IMG/VR virus record: IMGVR_UViG_3300029823_000290
Coordinates: 1 to 59,649 of that record
Origin: a virus
Taxonomy: Duplodnaviria > Caudoviricetes
Strand: one strand, 5' to 3'
DNA length: 59,649 nucleotides
Below the pieces are notes generated by a model. It saw only the letters and a program-made list of their open reading frames with translations, did no database searches and was not told where the DNA came from. Shown here in pieces: positions 27,678 through 37,649 of this stretch (position 1 is its first letter; each line of letters begins with the position of its first letter). A program made the position numbers and the translations under genes.

Positions 27678-28853
27678 CTATTCAAAAGCATACCAATAAT
27701 ATGTATTTGTATAACCAACTGGTAAACAAAAACCAGTACTATTAACATACATAGGTGCATCAGCAATTACATAAGAATAATATTCATCACAAATATAATG
27801 TAAATTATTGTTAGCTGTCTTAATTACTCCAGCAGCTTGATAAATTACAGGTTTTGTATATGATGATGTTCGGTCAACTACTAGAATTGTTGAAGGAGTA
27901 AATGTTAGTCCTGAAACAGTAACAACATATTTATCATAAGTACTTGAAGAGGTGTTATGATATCCCTGAATACTATAGGTAGTACTGCCTCGCGAAATAG
28001 TCCCACTTGCAAACTTTTTCATCCCCGAACCATCGACCGCATTACCGGCTACCCCAAAAATACTCTTCCCAGACAGGATATTTGCCGCCAGCAAGTTTGC
28101 GTCACCTCTAACAGTTTGAGCACCACTTAAATATTGCCCTGCCGATATAACTTGATTTGTAGTAGTAGGTGTATAGGTTTGAGCAGATTTGCTTGGAATA
28201 GTACCCGTAATTTCTCCCGCATCCGTTGTCGCTGTTTTGCCGGAAAGTATGTCAGCAGGCGTAGCATTTCCGGCAGCGTCGCTACCCTGTAGTGTAAAAT
28301 TTGTACCATCGTACCTCAATGTGTAGATACCATTAGCTTTTAGGTTTGTAACATCGGTACCATTGGCCTTTTTTATTCCTTTTGCACCCAATCCGTTTAT
28401 GTTGATAGTAGATGCACCGGTACTGTCTACATTAATCTTTACCGCAAGTGCCATACCTGCAACCAAAGACGTTGGTGTGGGGCTGAGAGTTACAGCATAG
28501 GTATTGGCACTACCACTTGCTACTGCATATGGTACGTGTTGCGTTTCATCAGCCTGATGCGCATCAAGCCCTTCCTGCAGAGCAGTGATATCCTCTCGGC
28601 CGGCGGCGGCCAGCACCCAGGCTGTACCGGTATCGAGATAAATTTCACCGGTGTCCTGGGCAAAATAATACCGGCCGGCCACTCCGGCAGCCGGTCGATC
28701 GGCTAGGGTGCCACCGGTCAGCTCCGCAATGCCGTTACCTTTTTTGACGGCATTGGCGTCCATGATTTCTAGGTTTTCGTTATAGGTAGCTCTGGATACG
28801 GTTTCAGTACCAAGTGGCTTTTTCAAGCCCAGATTAGGGGTTATATCAGGCAT
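27678..28853 (-). CDS. Tail fibre/receptor-binding protein
   Basis: TPNLGLKKP N-terminus; GSANTY...TININGLGAK; DILSGK/NILSGKSIFGVAG repeats; AT-rich variable tip. Confidence 0.85.
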   Translation of the reverse strand: MPDITPNLGLKKPLGTETVSRATYNENLEIMDANAVKKGNGIAELTGGTLADRPAAGVAGRYYFAQDTGEIYLDTGTAWVLAAAGREDITALQEGLDAHQADETQHVPYAVASGSANTYAVTLSPTPTSLVAGMALAVKINVDSTGASTININGLGAKGIKKANGTDVTNLKANGIYTLRYDGTNFTLQGSDAAGNATPADILSGKTATTDAGEITGTIPSKSAQTYTPTTTNQVISAGQYLSGAQTVRGDANLLAANILSGKSIFGVAGNAVDGSGMKKFASGTISRGSTTYSIQGYHNTSSSTYDKYVVTVSGLTFTPSTILVVDRTSSYTKPVIYQAAGVIKTANNNLHYICDEYYSYVIADAPMYVNSTGFCLPVGYTNTYYWYAFE

Positions 28854-29412
28854 CTATCCAACCTCCCAGTTCAAATTCGTTCCAGGCCAGGCTTTTCACG
28901 TCCAGTTCATCCCAAGTTAGATTTTTCGCATCCAACTCGGACCAAAGCAAATAGCGCAACAGATAACTCACGGCCAGGTGGGCGGGTATAATCTCGGCTA
29001 TGGCGGCTTGCAAGTCAGTGTAGTTCGGCGGTATGCCATGCTGGTCCACAAATGTAATCACCATGCTATACTCAGTCGGCAGTTCCTCTACCTCTACAGT
29101 TCCATTGGCATAACTCTCAGCTACATTTTTGATCATCTCCACCGTAACGGTACCTACCCCGCGTAACTTTGAGATGATGCGGCTGCGGCGCTGGTCATCT
29201 GGCTTACCAGCATAACTATCCAAGCCCAAAAATTCTTCCCACCTAGCTAATCCCCAGGTGGCCGTGTGTATAAAAAACTGCTCAAGGATACTGACGATAT
29301 TATCCCGAAGCGAATCAAACTCGCTGCCCTGGCTATCAATTATCGCGGCATACTCCGGTGCTGTAAGCAGGTACCGGGGCACGTATCCCCGCATGACCTC
29401 AGTTCTACTCAC
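28846..29412 (-). CDS. YmfQ/DUF2313 (XkdU-like) baseplate protein
   Basis: QFFIHTATWGLARWE, RRSRIISKLRG and IIPAHL motifs. Confidence 0.85.
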   Translation of the reverse strand: MSRTEVMRGYVPRYLLTAPEYAAIIDSQGSEFDSLRDNIVSILEQFFIHTATWGLARWEEFLGLDSYAGKPDDQRRSRIISKLRGVGTVTVEMIKNVAESYANGTVEVEELPTEYSMVITFVDQHGIPPNYTDLQAAIAEIIPAHLAVSYLLRYLLWSELDAKNLTWDELDVKSLAWNEFELGGWIDA

Positions 29413-30457
29413 TTAGCGTCACCGTCCCCAACACCGCTATCTGCCCGGATGCCATCTCAATATTGCTTATGCCTCCGTTTACGGTCAAATCGGCATAGTC
29501 GATAATTGGCGGGATATCCAGCAGTACCGCCGCAATACGTGTATAGCGCACCAACGGATCCTTAAAGGCGATACTATCTAGATAGGCAGTTACGCCTTCA
29601 ATCACCAACTGCTCTACTTCAACCAGCGTGGTATAGCTGGCCAGGGTAAGCTGAGCGCTGATATTAATTGCTACCCCTGACGCCGCTACCACGGTAACTG
29701 TTGCCCCAACCGGCCGAACCGTTTCGATATAATCGGTTACGGCAGTCACGATAGCCGCGTCAGGCGGCTGCTTGTCTGTGTCCAGGATGACCACTTTAAC
29801 CGTTCCCGGGCCGTCCCAGATTGGGTATACTTTTGCATCTCCTACTCCCGGTACTTCTAGCGCCCATTGCCGGTAGTGCGCAGTATTACCGGATGTGGCC
29901 GGGGATTGGACCTTGTATAGAATCCGTTCTAGCAGAGCGGTATCGGTTTCTTGGTCAGTCCCGCCAATAGTAGCCTCGGTGTTGCTAACGGCTGTCACCC
30001 CGGCGATTGATACCGGCAGAGCTGTTATCGCTCCGGCCAGCACATTGCCGGCTGCCCCCGCCTTCACCGCCTCTATATCCGCCAATACCGTCCCCGCTTC
30101 CCCGATCTTTACCTCGGCAGTTGTTGCGAACTGCAACCCGGCACCGGTGGCAACTAATGCGCCTGCGGGGATAATTGCTCCGCTGGTGCCGGTAATGGTT
30201 ACCTCCCCGGTGGCCTTGCCGGCTGCCTTCCGGGTTAGTCCGTGTTCAGCCGCCCGGTAATCTAGGTATTGCCCGTAGGTGGTCTGAGCAAATCCATACT
30301 GCAGTACTAAGTCCATCTCTGCATAGGCCTGGGCCAATTCCAGAGCAGTCGGCGAGAGGGCATCCCAAATAAATGACCCCTCGCGTTTGTCCAGATCTCC
30401 AGGTACCGCCGCCAAGAGCCTAGTCATAATCGCACCATAAGTCTGGGCCTCAAACAC
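29405..30457 (-). CDS. Baseplate J-like protein (XkdT-like)
   Basis: DKREGS, GQYLD, GGTDQETD, SGNTAHYRQWA and GPGTVKV motifs. Confidence 0.92.
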   Translation of the reverse strand: MFEAQTYGAIMTRLLAAVPGDLDKREGSFIWDALSPTALELAQAYAEMDLVLQYGFAQTTYGQYLDYRAAEHGLTRKAAGKATGEVTITGTSGAIIPAGALVATGAGLQFATTAEVKIGEAGTVLADIEAVKAGAAGNVLAGAITALPVSIAGVTAVSNTEATIGGTDQETDTALLERILYKVQSPATSGNTAHYRQWALEVPGVGDAKVYPIWDGPGTVKVVILDTDKQPPDAAIVTAVTDYIETVRPVGATVTVVAASGVAINISAQLTLASYTTLVEVEQLVIEGVTAYLDSIAFKDPLVRYTRIAAVLLDIPPIIDYADLTVNGGISNIEMASGQIAVLGTVTLSE

Positions 30458-30884
30458 TATATGTCACCCCCTGGATTAACGTCTGCCCGTCAAAGGTTAT
30501 AACCGAAAACTCTACCAACAAATAATTACTCTCCCGGGTAATGATAAAATCCCGTATATCATTTATACGTTCATCATAAATAAGCGCCTCGCGAATAACC
30601 CGGGGTATCTCAGATTCCAGCACCACCCTGGGAATGTCATAGCCTATTACATCCTCTATCTCGCAACCGTAATTGAAAGAGTAGATAGGAAACCGGTACC
30701 GAGCCGTCAGCAGAGTCTTGGTGATCCATATCCGGAGTGCGTCAGGACCTTCCAAGACCCGGGGAGTTCCATCTATCAGAACAAATTGCCCGGTAGTAAA
30801 ATCAAAGTCCAGCTCCCTGCCATATGTAACAGTGCTGGACTGAGTGGTAATCTCCGGTATAGTAATGTCAGGGAAAATGCTCAT
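30450..30884 (-). CDS. DUF2634 (XkdS-like) baseplate protein
   Basis: WITKTLLTARYRFPIYSFNYGCE and EALIYDERI motifs. Confidence 0.88.
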   Translation of the reverse strand: MSIFPDITIPEITTQSSTVTYGRELDFDFTTGQFVLIDGTPRVLEGPDALRIWITKTLLTARYRFPIYSFNYGCEIEDVIGYDIPRVVLESEIPRVIREALIYDERINDIRDFIITRESNYLLVEFSVITFDGQTLIQGVTYSV

Positions 30885-31276
30885 GATAGGATCACCACCT
30901 TATCCCAGATTAGATATTGCTGGCCGCCAGATAGCGCCATCACTGCAACTCTATCCCCTGACTTTAACTTGCCATGGATGTTTACTGTCTGCTTGATTGC
31001 AGTGATGCTAGTAACCTCATGGCTATGTGTATGCAAAGGTGGTGATGTATCTTGCCACTGAGTTATAGCACCACTTACCTGAGAAGTAGTGTTATATTGC
31101 CGGGTGTGATCTATAACATGCTCACAGATTAGGAGATCCCCGTCCTTTGCGCTGAGCATCATCTTATCATTATCCAGCCTGATCACCAGCGGCTCAGCCT
31201 GTACCACTGTGGCCAACTCTATACCTGGCACCGCTGGTATCTGTCCTCTGAAAACATCAAGTATATCACTGCTCAT
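30881..31276 (-). CDS. DUF2577 (XkdR-like) spike/baseplate protein
   Basis: ATVVQAEPL...LKSGDRVAV...GGQQYLIWDKV; HTH metal-site motif. Confidence 0.82.
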   Translation of the reverse strand: MSSDILDVFRGQIPAVPGIELATVVQAEPLVIRLDNDKMMLSAKDGDLLICEHVIDHTRQYNTTSQVSGAITQWQDTSPPLHTHSHEVTSITAIKQTVNIHGKLKSGDRVAVMALSGGQQYLIWDKVVILS

Positions 31277-32261
31277 CGTCTTTCGAGGCCTCCTTTGTTG
31301 CGACAATTGTTTCCAGACTGAGTACCAGGCGCATGGTATGGTTGCCGTTTTTTAGCTCATGCTGGTCCTGGAGAACATAATACTGACCAGTGATACCGGT
31401 CAGGGTTTCTTTTATTTCTACATTTTTTCCGGCTTCTACATCATCAATTCCAACAGCCGTAACCTCCAGGTTCTCTGATACCTTTGCCAGTTCTTTCAGT
31501 AGATTTTGAGCAATTACCTGAGCTTCACCTGTCTTGATATTGCTTTCTCGTTTGTACTCTTGCAGCATCCCATACTGCTGTATCAAACTATCATTTTTCA
31601 AGTCCGCAAGGATCTGATCTTTATCACCAACAATTACAACCTGGTTTCGCATATCGCTAAGGCTCTCTGATTTGGACGCTTCCATGAGATTTTGACCCTC
31701 AGTTATGATCCACTTAAGCACCTGTTTGCCCTTTTCTTCGGTATTGAGCTTACCTTGCCTCATTATTAGGTGATATTTTTTTCCATTTCGCTTTGTAGCT
31801 TCCGTGAGCACTACCACGGCCATATCGTATAGCGTATGGTCTCGTAGTATAAGCTTAGCTAAATTAACGCCTGTAGAAGCCAGTGAGCCGATGTTTATCC
31901 CGAAGTCGTTACATATTTTGGTTATGATTGCTTCCGGAGTCATGTTCACAAATTTATATGTGCTGACATTATTGGTCAGATAGATCGCATGGTCGAAACA
32001 AGTAATGAGAGCGGATCCCTGGGTACTTTTGTTGACATCCCATACAACGCCGCGAAAAAGCTCCGTGTCATTTTTCAATATGATCACGGAGCCAAGAGGT
32101 GGAATATATTTAGGTGCGTAATAGTCTCGGCTATATGCGATTTCCAGTTCCAACTTTCTGGCAGCTTCCCGGACGTCTCCTCCCCAGGTTATGGTACTGA
32201 CTACCTGGCTGATATCGTACTGGGCACCATCTCGAGTAAAATTTGTTATGGTATAGCTCAC
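31266..32261 (-). CDS. XkdQ-like baseplate hub protein
   Basis: ITWGGD..AARKL, LFRGVV, ICNDFGI and YGMLQ motifs. Confidence 0.85.
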   Translation of the reverse strand: MSYTITNFTRDGAQYDISQVVSTITWGGDVREAARKLELEIAYSRDYYAPKYIPPLGSVIILKNDTELFRGVVWDVNKSTQGSALITCFDHAIYLTNNVSTYKFVNMTPEAIITKICNDFGINIGSLASTGVNLAKLILRDHTLYDMAVVVLTEATKRNGKKYHLIMRQGKLNTEEKGKQVLKWIITEGQNLMEASKSESLSDMRNQVVIVGDKDQILADLKNDSLIQQYGMLQEYKRESNIKTGEAQVIAQNLLKELAKVSENLEVTAVGIDDVEAGKNVEIKETLTGITGQYYVLQDQHELKNGNHTMRLVLSLETIVATKEASKDDEQ

Positions 32262-32884
32262 GTCTGCAACACCTGCCCGGGCTTAATGAGATTTGGGTTT
32301 GCGCCTATAATGATCTTATTTTTCGCATACAATTCGCGCCATTTATTACCGTCTCCGTAAATTTTTTTTGCAATCACAAACAAACTATCGCCAGGCTTTA
32401 CGTTGTAATTTTGGGGCTGCTCCTTCGTATCCGGTCGCTGACTGGATGTAGCCGCGGCTTGTTGGGCCTGACCAACCTGTTTTACTTGTATAAACCTGTA
32501 CTCCTTTAGTTTGAGAGAATAATCAACATCTCGATTGCCTCCGCGTTCTCCCCAGGTAAAGGATTCAATCGCGCAGGCCAGGTTAACCGGGGTCTCAGTT
32601 ATTATGAGCCTGATCGGCCGCTTACTCTTACGCCATTTTTCTATTAGTTCTATAGTAGTATAAGGATCCGGAACGCTCCTGGTCGTATAAGGTGCTGGCT
32701 TGGCCGGGAAGAAGCTGGTCAACTCAATTTCAGCCAGAGCCTCTCCCCCGATTTGGGTGATGTCGCCCAGGTCAGTTATGTTAACAGTTTCGTTTAGATT
32801 TCCGGTTATCAGAGAGAATTCTGCTGGTGGCACCGGCAGCTGGAGTTTCTCTGCAAAATTGTTAAAGCTGAGCCAAAATTCCAT
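32258..32884 (-). CDS. XkdP-like LysM tail tube initiator
   Basis: LPVPP, SFFP and LKEYR motifs; LysM YNVKPGDSL...NPNLIKPGQVL. Confidence 0.9.
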   Translation of the reverse strand: MEFWLSFNNFAEKLQLPVPPAEFSLITGNLNETVNITDLGDITQIGGEALAEIELTSFFPAKPAPYTTRSVPDPYTTIELIEKWRKSKRPIRLIITETPVNLACAIESFTWGERGGNRDVDYSLKLKEYRFIQVKQVGQAQQAAATSSQRPDTKEQPQNYNVKPGDSLFVIAKKIYGDGNKWRELYAKNKIIIGANPNLIKPGQVLQT

Positions 32885-34431
32885 TACACCATCGCCACCT
32901 TCCCCCGGTTAGCCGCCGACTGCCGAAGTTTTGCAGCCAGAGCATTGGCAATCTTATCAATATCGGTATCTTCGCGGACAACTATTGTATCAGCTAATTT
33001 TGCAATAGTTACTCCACCTATCCCCGTCCGGTAGTAATCAGCGTCACGCCGCGGGAGAACTGCTTCGCCACGATGTAACAGAGCAGGGTAGTTATCGTAA
33101 GGTACATAGCTCAGGCCAGACGCGTGGCCTTTTGGTTTGCTTTTAGATGCAACTTTTACTTCACTTGGCTTAGCATCGAATTTCTCAGCTACCCACTTAA
33201 CCCCCTTTGCAACAACAGCAAGGCCTTTACTTAAGGCGTCAAATATAGGTTTCATAATTGCCCAGGCTGTTTCAACCACCCCGGATATTATTGGCCAAGC
33301 TTTTTGGAAAAGGCTCCATACAATCTTAATGGTATCTATTATGATACCGAAAATTGGTTGAGCTATAGACCAAGCAGTAGATAATACGGATGATATGGTA
33401 GGCCAAGCTGTTTCCCACATAGATTGAAGAGCAGGAATCTGTTCTTTAATCCAACTCACTCCCGGACGGATAAAATCCATGATGTTTTGTATAATAGGTT
33501 TTATGGCAGCAATACCTTTCCCTATGCTTTGACCTATCCACTCTGCTTTTTTACTCATTGCTGGACCACGTTTTTCGAAAAAGTCTGCGATCCATTGTAA
33601 CTGTGGCTTTAGTCCGCTAAGTATTCCTTCCCCGACGCCAGCAAAATTCTCCGATATTTGACCAGTTATGCTCGACCAGAGCCCTGTACCAGTTTTGCCT
33701 AGCTTTTCTGCGCCTCCTTTAAAGAAAGGTGCAATTTGGTCAAGCATGACATTCTCGGCACCGCCAGCTTTTTTAATATCATCCTGGGTAATTTTGAAGC
33801 CAAACTCTTTCATGCGTTCAGTTTCTCCGGTTTTAAGGTCTGCTAGAGCTTCCATTGCGTCCGAAAAAGTTTTTTCAGGATTCAGCGCTGCCATATCGCC
33901 AGCTATCTTCATAATTTCCCGGGCTTTTGCAACACTTCCACCGGATACATTGACAGCTCTAGCTCCCCCAGCTATAATTTCGCCAGTTTCAAAGGGAGTA
34001 ATGTTCGCATACTTGTTAAGCCACCCCACGTACTGCTGTGCTTCTTTTTTCACTTCTTTTTCGGACATCCCTTGGTTTTGGATGCCGATAAAATGCTCCA
34101 TTGATACCATCTGCTGTTCGCGTTTCATAGCTACCCCTAGAGTAGCCCCACCAACAGTACCTATTCCAAGTCCGGTCAGAGCTACCGCAGCTAACCCTTT
34201 AAGTGACATCAAGTTATCTTTTATTTTTTTAATGCTACTTGTAGCTTGGTCTTTGATTTTTATCACAGGTCTTACAGCAGTTTTGCCGAGAACCTTAATT
34301 TTAGAGGTTAGTTTTGATATGGTTGTTGTTGCGGTCTCACTGTCTTTTTTAAATTTCCGCGTTTCCTTCGTAACCTTGGACATGGTAGTGGTAAATTGGT
34401 CTTTCAGCCGTATGGTTGCCCCTAAAATCAT
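32884..34431 (-). CDS. Tape measure protein
   Basis: ANITPFE and GETERMKEFG motifs; W-containing amphipathic repeats; GLSYVPYDNYPALLHRGEAVL. Confidence 0.88.
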   Translation of the reverse strand: MILGATIRLKDQFTTTMSKVTKETRKFKKDSETATTTISKLTSKIKVLGKTAVRPVIKIKDQATSSIKKIKDNLMSLKGLAAVALTGLGIGTVGGATLGVAMKREQQMVSMEHFIGIQNQGMSEKEVKKEAQQYVGWLNKYANITPFETGEIIAGGARAVNVSGGSVAKAREIMKIAGDMAALNPEKTFSDAMEALADLKTGETERMKEFGFKITQDDIKKAGGAENVMLDQIAPFFKGGAEKLGKTGTGLWSSITGQISENFAGVGEGILSGLKPQLQWIADFFEKRGPAMSKKAEWIGQSIGKGIAAIKPIIQNIMDFIRPGVSWIKEQIPALQSMWETAWPTISSVLSTAWSIAQPIFGIIIDTIKIVWSLFQKAWPIISGVVETAWAIMKPIFDALSKGLAVVAKGVKWVAEKFDAKPSEVKVASKSKPKGHASGLSYVPYDNYPALLHRGEAVLPRRDADYYRTGIGGVTIAKLADTIVVREDTDIDKIANALAAKLRQSAANRGKVAMV

Positions 34432-34454
34432 AATTATCACTCTCTTCTTGGCAT

Positions 34455-34477
34455 AAAAAAACACCCCTCAGGGTGCT
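34455..34477 (-). terminator. Moron terminator inside the tail operon
   Basis: Minus strand GCACCCTGAGGGGTGT followed by a T run. Confidence 0.65.
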
Positions 34478-34700
34478 ATTTATTCTGTAATATGGATTGC
34501 TCAGCCGCCTTGTCAACGTTTTGTAATCGCTTAGTACCACACATTGGGCAATACTTTTTCCGAGCGAATATAAAATACCATAAAACATAAATTAATGGGC
34601 CGGCTATAGTTAGCCAGAGTAAAATAAACCATCCCCATGACCATTTTTTTACTGGTTCTACCTTTCTTTCACATAATGGACAGTATTTAATGTTTGCCAT
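34476..34700 (-). CDS. Small membrane Zn-ribbon protein (LITAF-like moron)
   Basis: CPLC...hydrophobic hairpin...CPMCG; AT-rich; inserted between the chaperone and TMP genes. Confidence 0.7.
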   Translation of the reverse strand: MANIKYCPLCERKVEPVKKWSWGWFILLWLTIAGPLIYVLWYFIFARKKYCPMCGTKRLQNVDKAAEQSILQNK

Positions 34701-34889
34701 AACCTGCATCCCCTTTTTATAAGGATATTCGATTAATGGCAGCATTTTCCTTCTTTCTTTGCCCGATTTCCTTTATCATGCAAGCAAAAAGAAAAGCCTT
34801 TTCCCCTTCAGATAAGTTATAGATTTCGGACGGTAGGCGTCCTTTTTTTACATAGTGTGAAATCATATTTGCCTCTCCGTCCGATTCTA

Positions 34890-35279
34890 TTAGTTTTTTA
34901 CTTCTTCAATGTTAAGACCGTCTTTATCGAATCCGGACAGTTTAAGAATTGCCTGGTAAACTGTCATAATTTCACCTCCCAAGAGAAGAACATCAACGAT
35001 ATCCACAGGACGGGTCACTCCGAACTTATCTCTTAGTTCCTTTGATTTAAAGTCCGGGTCAAAAGTCAGCTCGTAAATGGTCCACTTCATTTCCTCGGAT
35101 TCACTATCATTAGCCTTCTCCCCAATTTCCTTCATCTGGTTAATCGTACCAGCCTTGAACTTAATATAAAAGGGTTGCCCAAGCTCTTTTGACAACCGCT
35201 TAATTTTCACCTGGCCGGTAGGTACATTTTTTAACTTACTTGGGTCAGCAGCTAGCAACATATCTAATGTTTGTCCCAT
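34890..35279 (-). CDS. Tail assembly chaperone (XkdN-like); a -1 frameshift would extend it to 34717
   Basis: PDFKSKEL and LLGGEI motifs; ends EEVKN on the slippery heptamer A AAA AAC. Confidence 0.85.
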   Translation of the reverse strand: MGQTLDMLLAADPSKLKNVPTGQVKIKRLSKELGQPFYIKFKAGTINQMKEIGEKANDSESEEMKWTIYELTFDPDFKSKELRDKFGVTRPVDIVDVLLLGGEIMTVYQAILKLSGFDKDGLNIEEVKN

Positions 35280-35291
35280 TATTTAAACCTC

Positions 35292-35735
35292 CTATTCTCT
35301 TGGAGCAATAGTATCTAATAGCTCCCAATCAGTAAACGTAAACGGGCACTCGACTTCACCCTTAGCTTTAGCTTCCCAGTTGGCCAGGGTCAAATCATCG
35401 AAGCAGGTATCTTTAATAAGTACCCGTTCAGCTCCAAAAGCAGCCGGATCCTTTAGAGCGGATAATATCTGTAACCTGGGGTTTTCACCACGTTTAATTT
35501 TGTCGGACAATTTTATCATCATGCGGCTGTTGGTTTTATGCATTTTTGTGCTGCCCGTTCCTTTGTAGCCCATCATTTTTGTATCGGTTCCCAGCTTCCC
35601 GCAAACAGCAATTTCTTCCTTCTCGATTTCGACCCTGGCCTCCAGACCGAAACATTCGCTCACCAGATCACCATCAAACCAGACCTCTCCGAAGGTCCCG
35701 TTCATAATGCGCTCTGTATTAAACTTTGACGCCAA
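35292..35735 (-). CDS. Tail tube protein (XkdM-like)
   Basis: NGTFGEVW, GTGS, LKDP..FGAERV and PFTF motifs. Confidence 0.92.
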   Translation of the reverse strand: MASKFNTERIMNGTFGEVWFDGDLVSECFGLEARVEIEKEEIAVCGKLGTDTKMMGYKGTGSTKMHKTNSRMMIKLSDKIKRGENPRLQILSALKDPAAFGAERVLIKDTCFDDLTLANWEAKAKGEVECPFTFTDWELLDTIAPRE

Positions 35736-35747
35736 TTAATCCACCTC

Positions 35748-36809
35748 CTACAAATTTACTATTAGACTGACGTCTTCTATTGCGTCCAACGGCCGCACGG
35801 TAGAAAGCAGGAACACCTTATCCCGGGTGTTAGCCTCCTTGATTTCCTGCTCAGTCATATTATCAACATCTTCGCCGATACTTCGCAAATAGGTTTTCTG
35901 AGCCGGGATATTGATCTCGCATTTATTGTTGCCTGGATCCAGCACCCCCTCAGTTTCTAACACTTCATAGTATGCATTGATAGCCGCGCAAAGCAGCAAC
36001 TTATTTTCATAACTGTTCTGGACACTGCCGACGTATTCATCCTCAATGGTTTCCTTAACATCGTGGTACAGCATATCCAAAATGCGCACCAGCTTTATTT
36101 TCTTCCAGTCCGCTCCCTTTGCTTCGGTGGTGGTGGTCAGACTGGTCACGCCCCGGGCAATCTTTACCTTTTCGCCATCGTGGTAAAGAATCAGCTTGCC
36201 TGCATCTACGGCAGCGTCAGCATCGGCCTTAATCATCTTTGGGACATCGTTTATTTCTGTAAGCACCCGGAATGTAGGCGCCACCGTCAGCGGCAATCCG
36301 GTTATCAATCCGGCCACCCGTGCAGTGTACTGGCTGGCGGTATATGTACTCTCCCCTACCACAATATCATCTGTTGCGAAGTTGATTACCGCCTCATGGT
36401 CCGCTGTGTTTTGGGGCAGCACTACCATGATTTTCTTTTCTTTGTTATCCCGCATACCCTTGGCCCATGTTGCGATATTAGTTACATCACCTTCCGCAAT
36501 TCCCGGTATGGCCATGATGTTAAACTTGATGGTTTCCAGGTAATTCAGCGCTGCGTTGTAATCTGCGGCATCGTCTGGAATGGCTACGACTCTTATTTCC
36601 TTCGGCGTCCCGATAAAGGCTTGCTCCAAATAATCTTGATTGGCCGTATTCAGCGTGCCGGGAATATCCGCCACATCCAGCAACCGGTAAGTGGTTAATG
36701 CCTCCACTGACGCATCCTTCAGCACTAGGGCTAGTATCCCTACAGCTCCGCGCTCAATAGCTTTAATTGCCTTGCTCTGAAAAATAATGTTTACACTGGG
36801 CAAACCCAC
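35748..36809 (-). CDS. Tail sheath protein (XkdK-like)
   Basis: MGLPSVNIIF, ARVAG, KIARGVTS, KKIK and DAIED motifs. Confidence 0.92.
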   Translation of the reverse strand: MGLPSVNIIFQSKAIKAIERGAVGILALVLKDASVEALTTYRLLDVADIPGTLNTANQDYLEQAFIGTPKEIRVVAIPDDAADYNAALNYLETIKFNIMAIPGIAEGDVTNIATWAKGMRDNKEKKIMVVLPQNTADHEAVINFATDDIVVGESTYTASQYTARVAGLITGLPLTVAPTFRVLTEINDVPKMIKADADAAVDAGKLILYHDGEKVKIARGVTSLTTTTEAKGADWKKIKLVRILDMLYHDVKETIEDEYVGSVQNSYENKLLLCAAINAYYEVLETEGVLDPGNNKCEINIPAQKTYLRSIGEDVDNMTEQEIKEANTRDKVFLLSTVRPLDAIEDVSLIVNL

Positions 36810-36811
36810 AT

Positions 36812-37255
36812 TTATCCCTCCTGTTCATGGATGACCTCAGCTATGAGATCGTATTCGGGCCTCGGCCTAGTCGCCTCAGCCTGTAAATCAACCGTAATAT
36901 ATACCTCTGCATCCCTGGGGCCACCTTCGGCTTCAATAATGTGATAAACAATTCCGGATGGCCCGGTTACAACCATGGCCTCCATCAATGCTTTTTTAAG
37001 CGTACTGGATACACTCAGCTGATTAAAAACATCAGCCTGGCCTTTACTGTCCATCGGTGCGAAGTAAACAATCTGCCAGGTCATATCCGCTTGGTACATA
37101 TCCCTATTTATGTGTTCCTCATACGAGTTGGCAAGGTTAATAAAGAAGCTGGGCCGGATAAAACTTTTCGGCATAGTTGAAACATATATTCTGTTTACAG
37201 CTGGAAAATTAGAACGGAGCAGGCCCCGAAGGGCATCCAAGGCATCACCATACAC
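36812..37255 (-). CDS. Tail terminator-like protein
   Basis: RPSFFI motif; position before the sheath gene. Confidence 0.7.
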   Translation of the reverse strand: MYGDALDALRGLLRSNFPAVNRIYVSTMPKSFIRPSFFINLANSYEEHINRDMYQADMTWQIVYFAPMDSKGQADVFNQLSVSSTLKKALMEAMVVTGPSGIVYHIIEAEGGPRDAEVYITVDLQAEATRPRPEYDLIAEVIHEQEG

Positions 37256-37649
37256 CCAGCCCCATCTCCTTTCCGATTCGCCGGATTGACTGTTTTAATA
37301 TTGCCGGCAGTTCTTTTTCAGTTTCCTCACATGCCTGCCGGAAGTACCATTTGCCTGATACAAATCCTTTCCCATCGGGCTTAGCATGACCTTCTTCAAC
37401 CATCTTGGCATAAAATTTATTTGTATAGACATCAACCTCATACATATTGCCGCGCTTCATCTTAGTTCTGTAAGACTTGCGTAGTTCTCCAGATTCTTTT
37501 TTAGTGTTCCGGCGCACCTTCTTCCGGAGCAGGTTTCCGGCCTGGCGAATTATTTTGCGGAATTCCTTCGGTGCTTCATCTTCGATGATGGCCAGCACCC
37601 GCTTTTCCCATTTATCCAGTTCTGTTGTGTCAAATTCAAAATCGGCCAT
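37245..37649 (-). CDS. HK97 gp10-like neck protein
   Basis: SGELRKS, YAKMVEEGH and FVSGKW motifs. Confidence 0.85.
   Translation of the reverse strand: MADFEFDTTELDKWEKRVLAIIEDEAPKEFRKIIRQAGNLLRKKVRRNTKKESGELRKSYRTKMKRGNMYEVDVYTNKFYAKMVEEGHAKPDGKGFVSGKWYFRQACEETEKELPAILKQSIRRIGKEMGLGVW

Noticed and set aside
27412-28853. Diversity-generating retroelement or shufflon acting on the tail fibre
   Set aside because: I found no reverse transcriptase, no TR/VR pair and no inverted alternative tip cassettes.
33668-34456. Long opposite-strand ORFs (e.g. 33668-34456, 7381-8061, 36063-36698, 21629-22150)
   Set aside because: These are shadows of well-supported genes, with no RBS or recognisable motifs.
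34877-34886. Third copy of CCGTCCGATT
   Set aside because: It lacks the downstream GGC-TA-GAAGGC part, lies in the other prophage within the frameshift coding region, and is probably chance.
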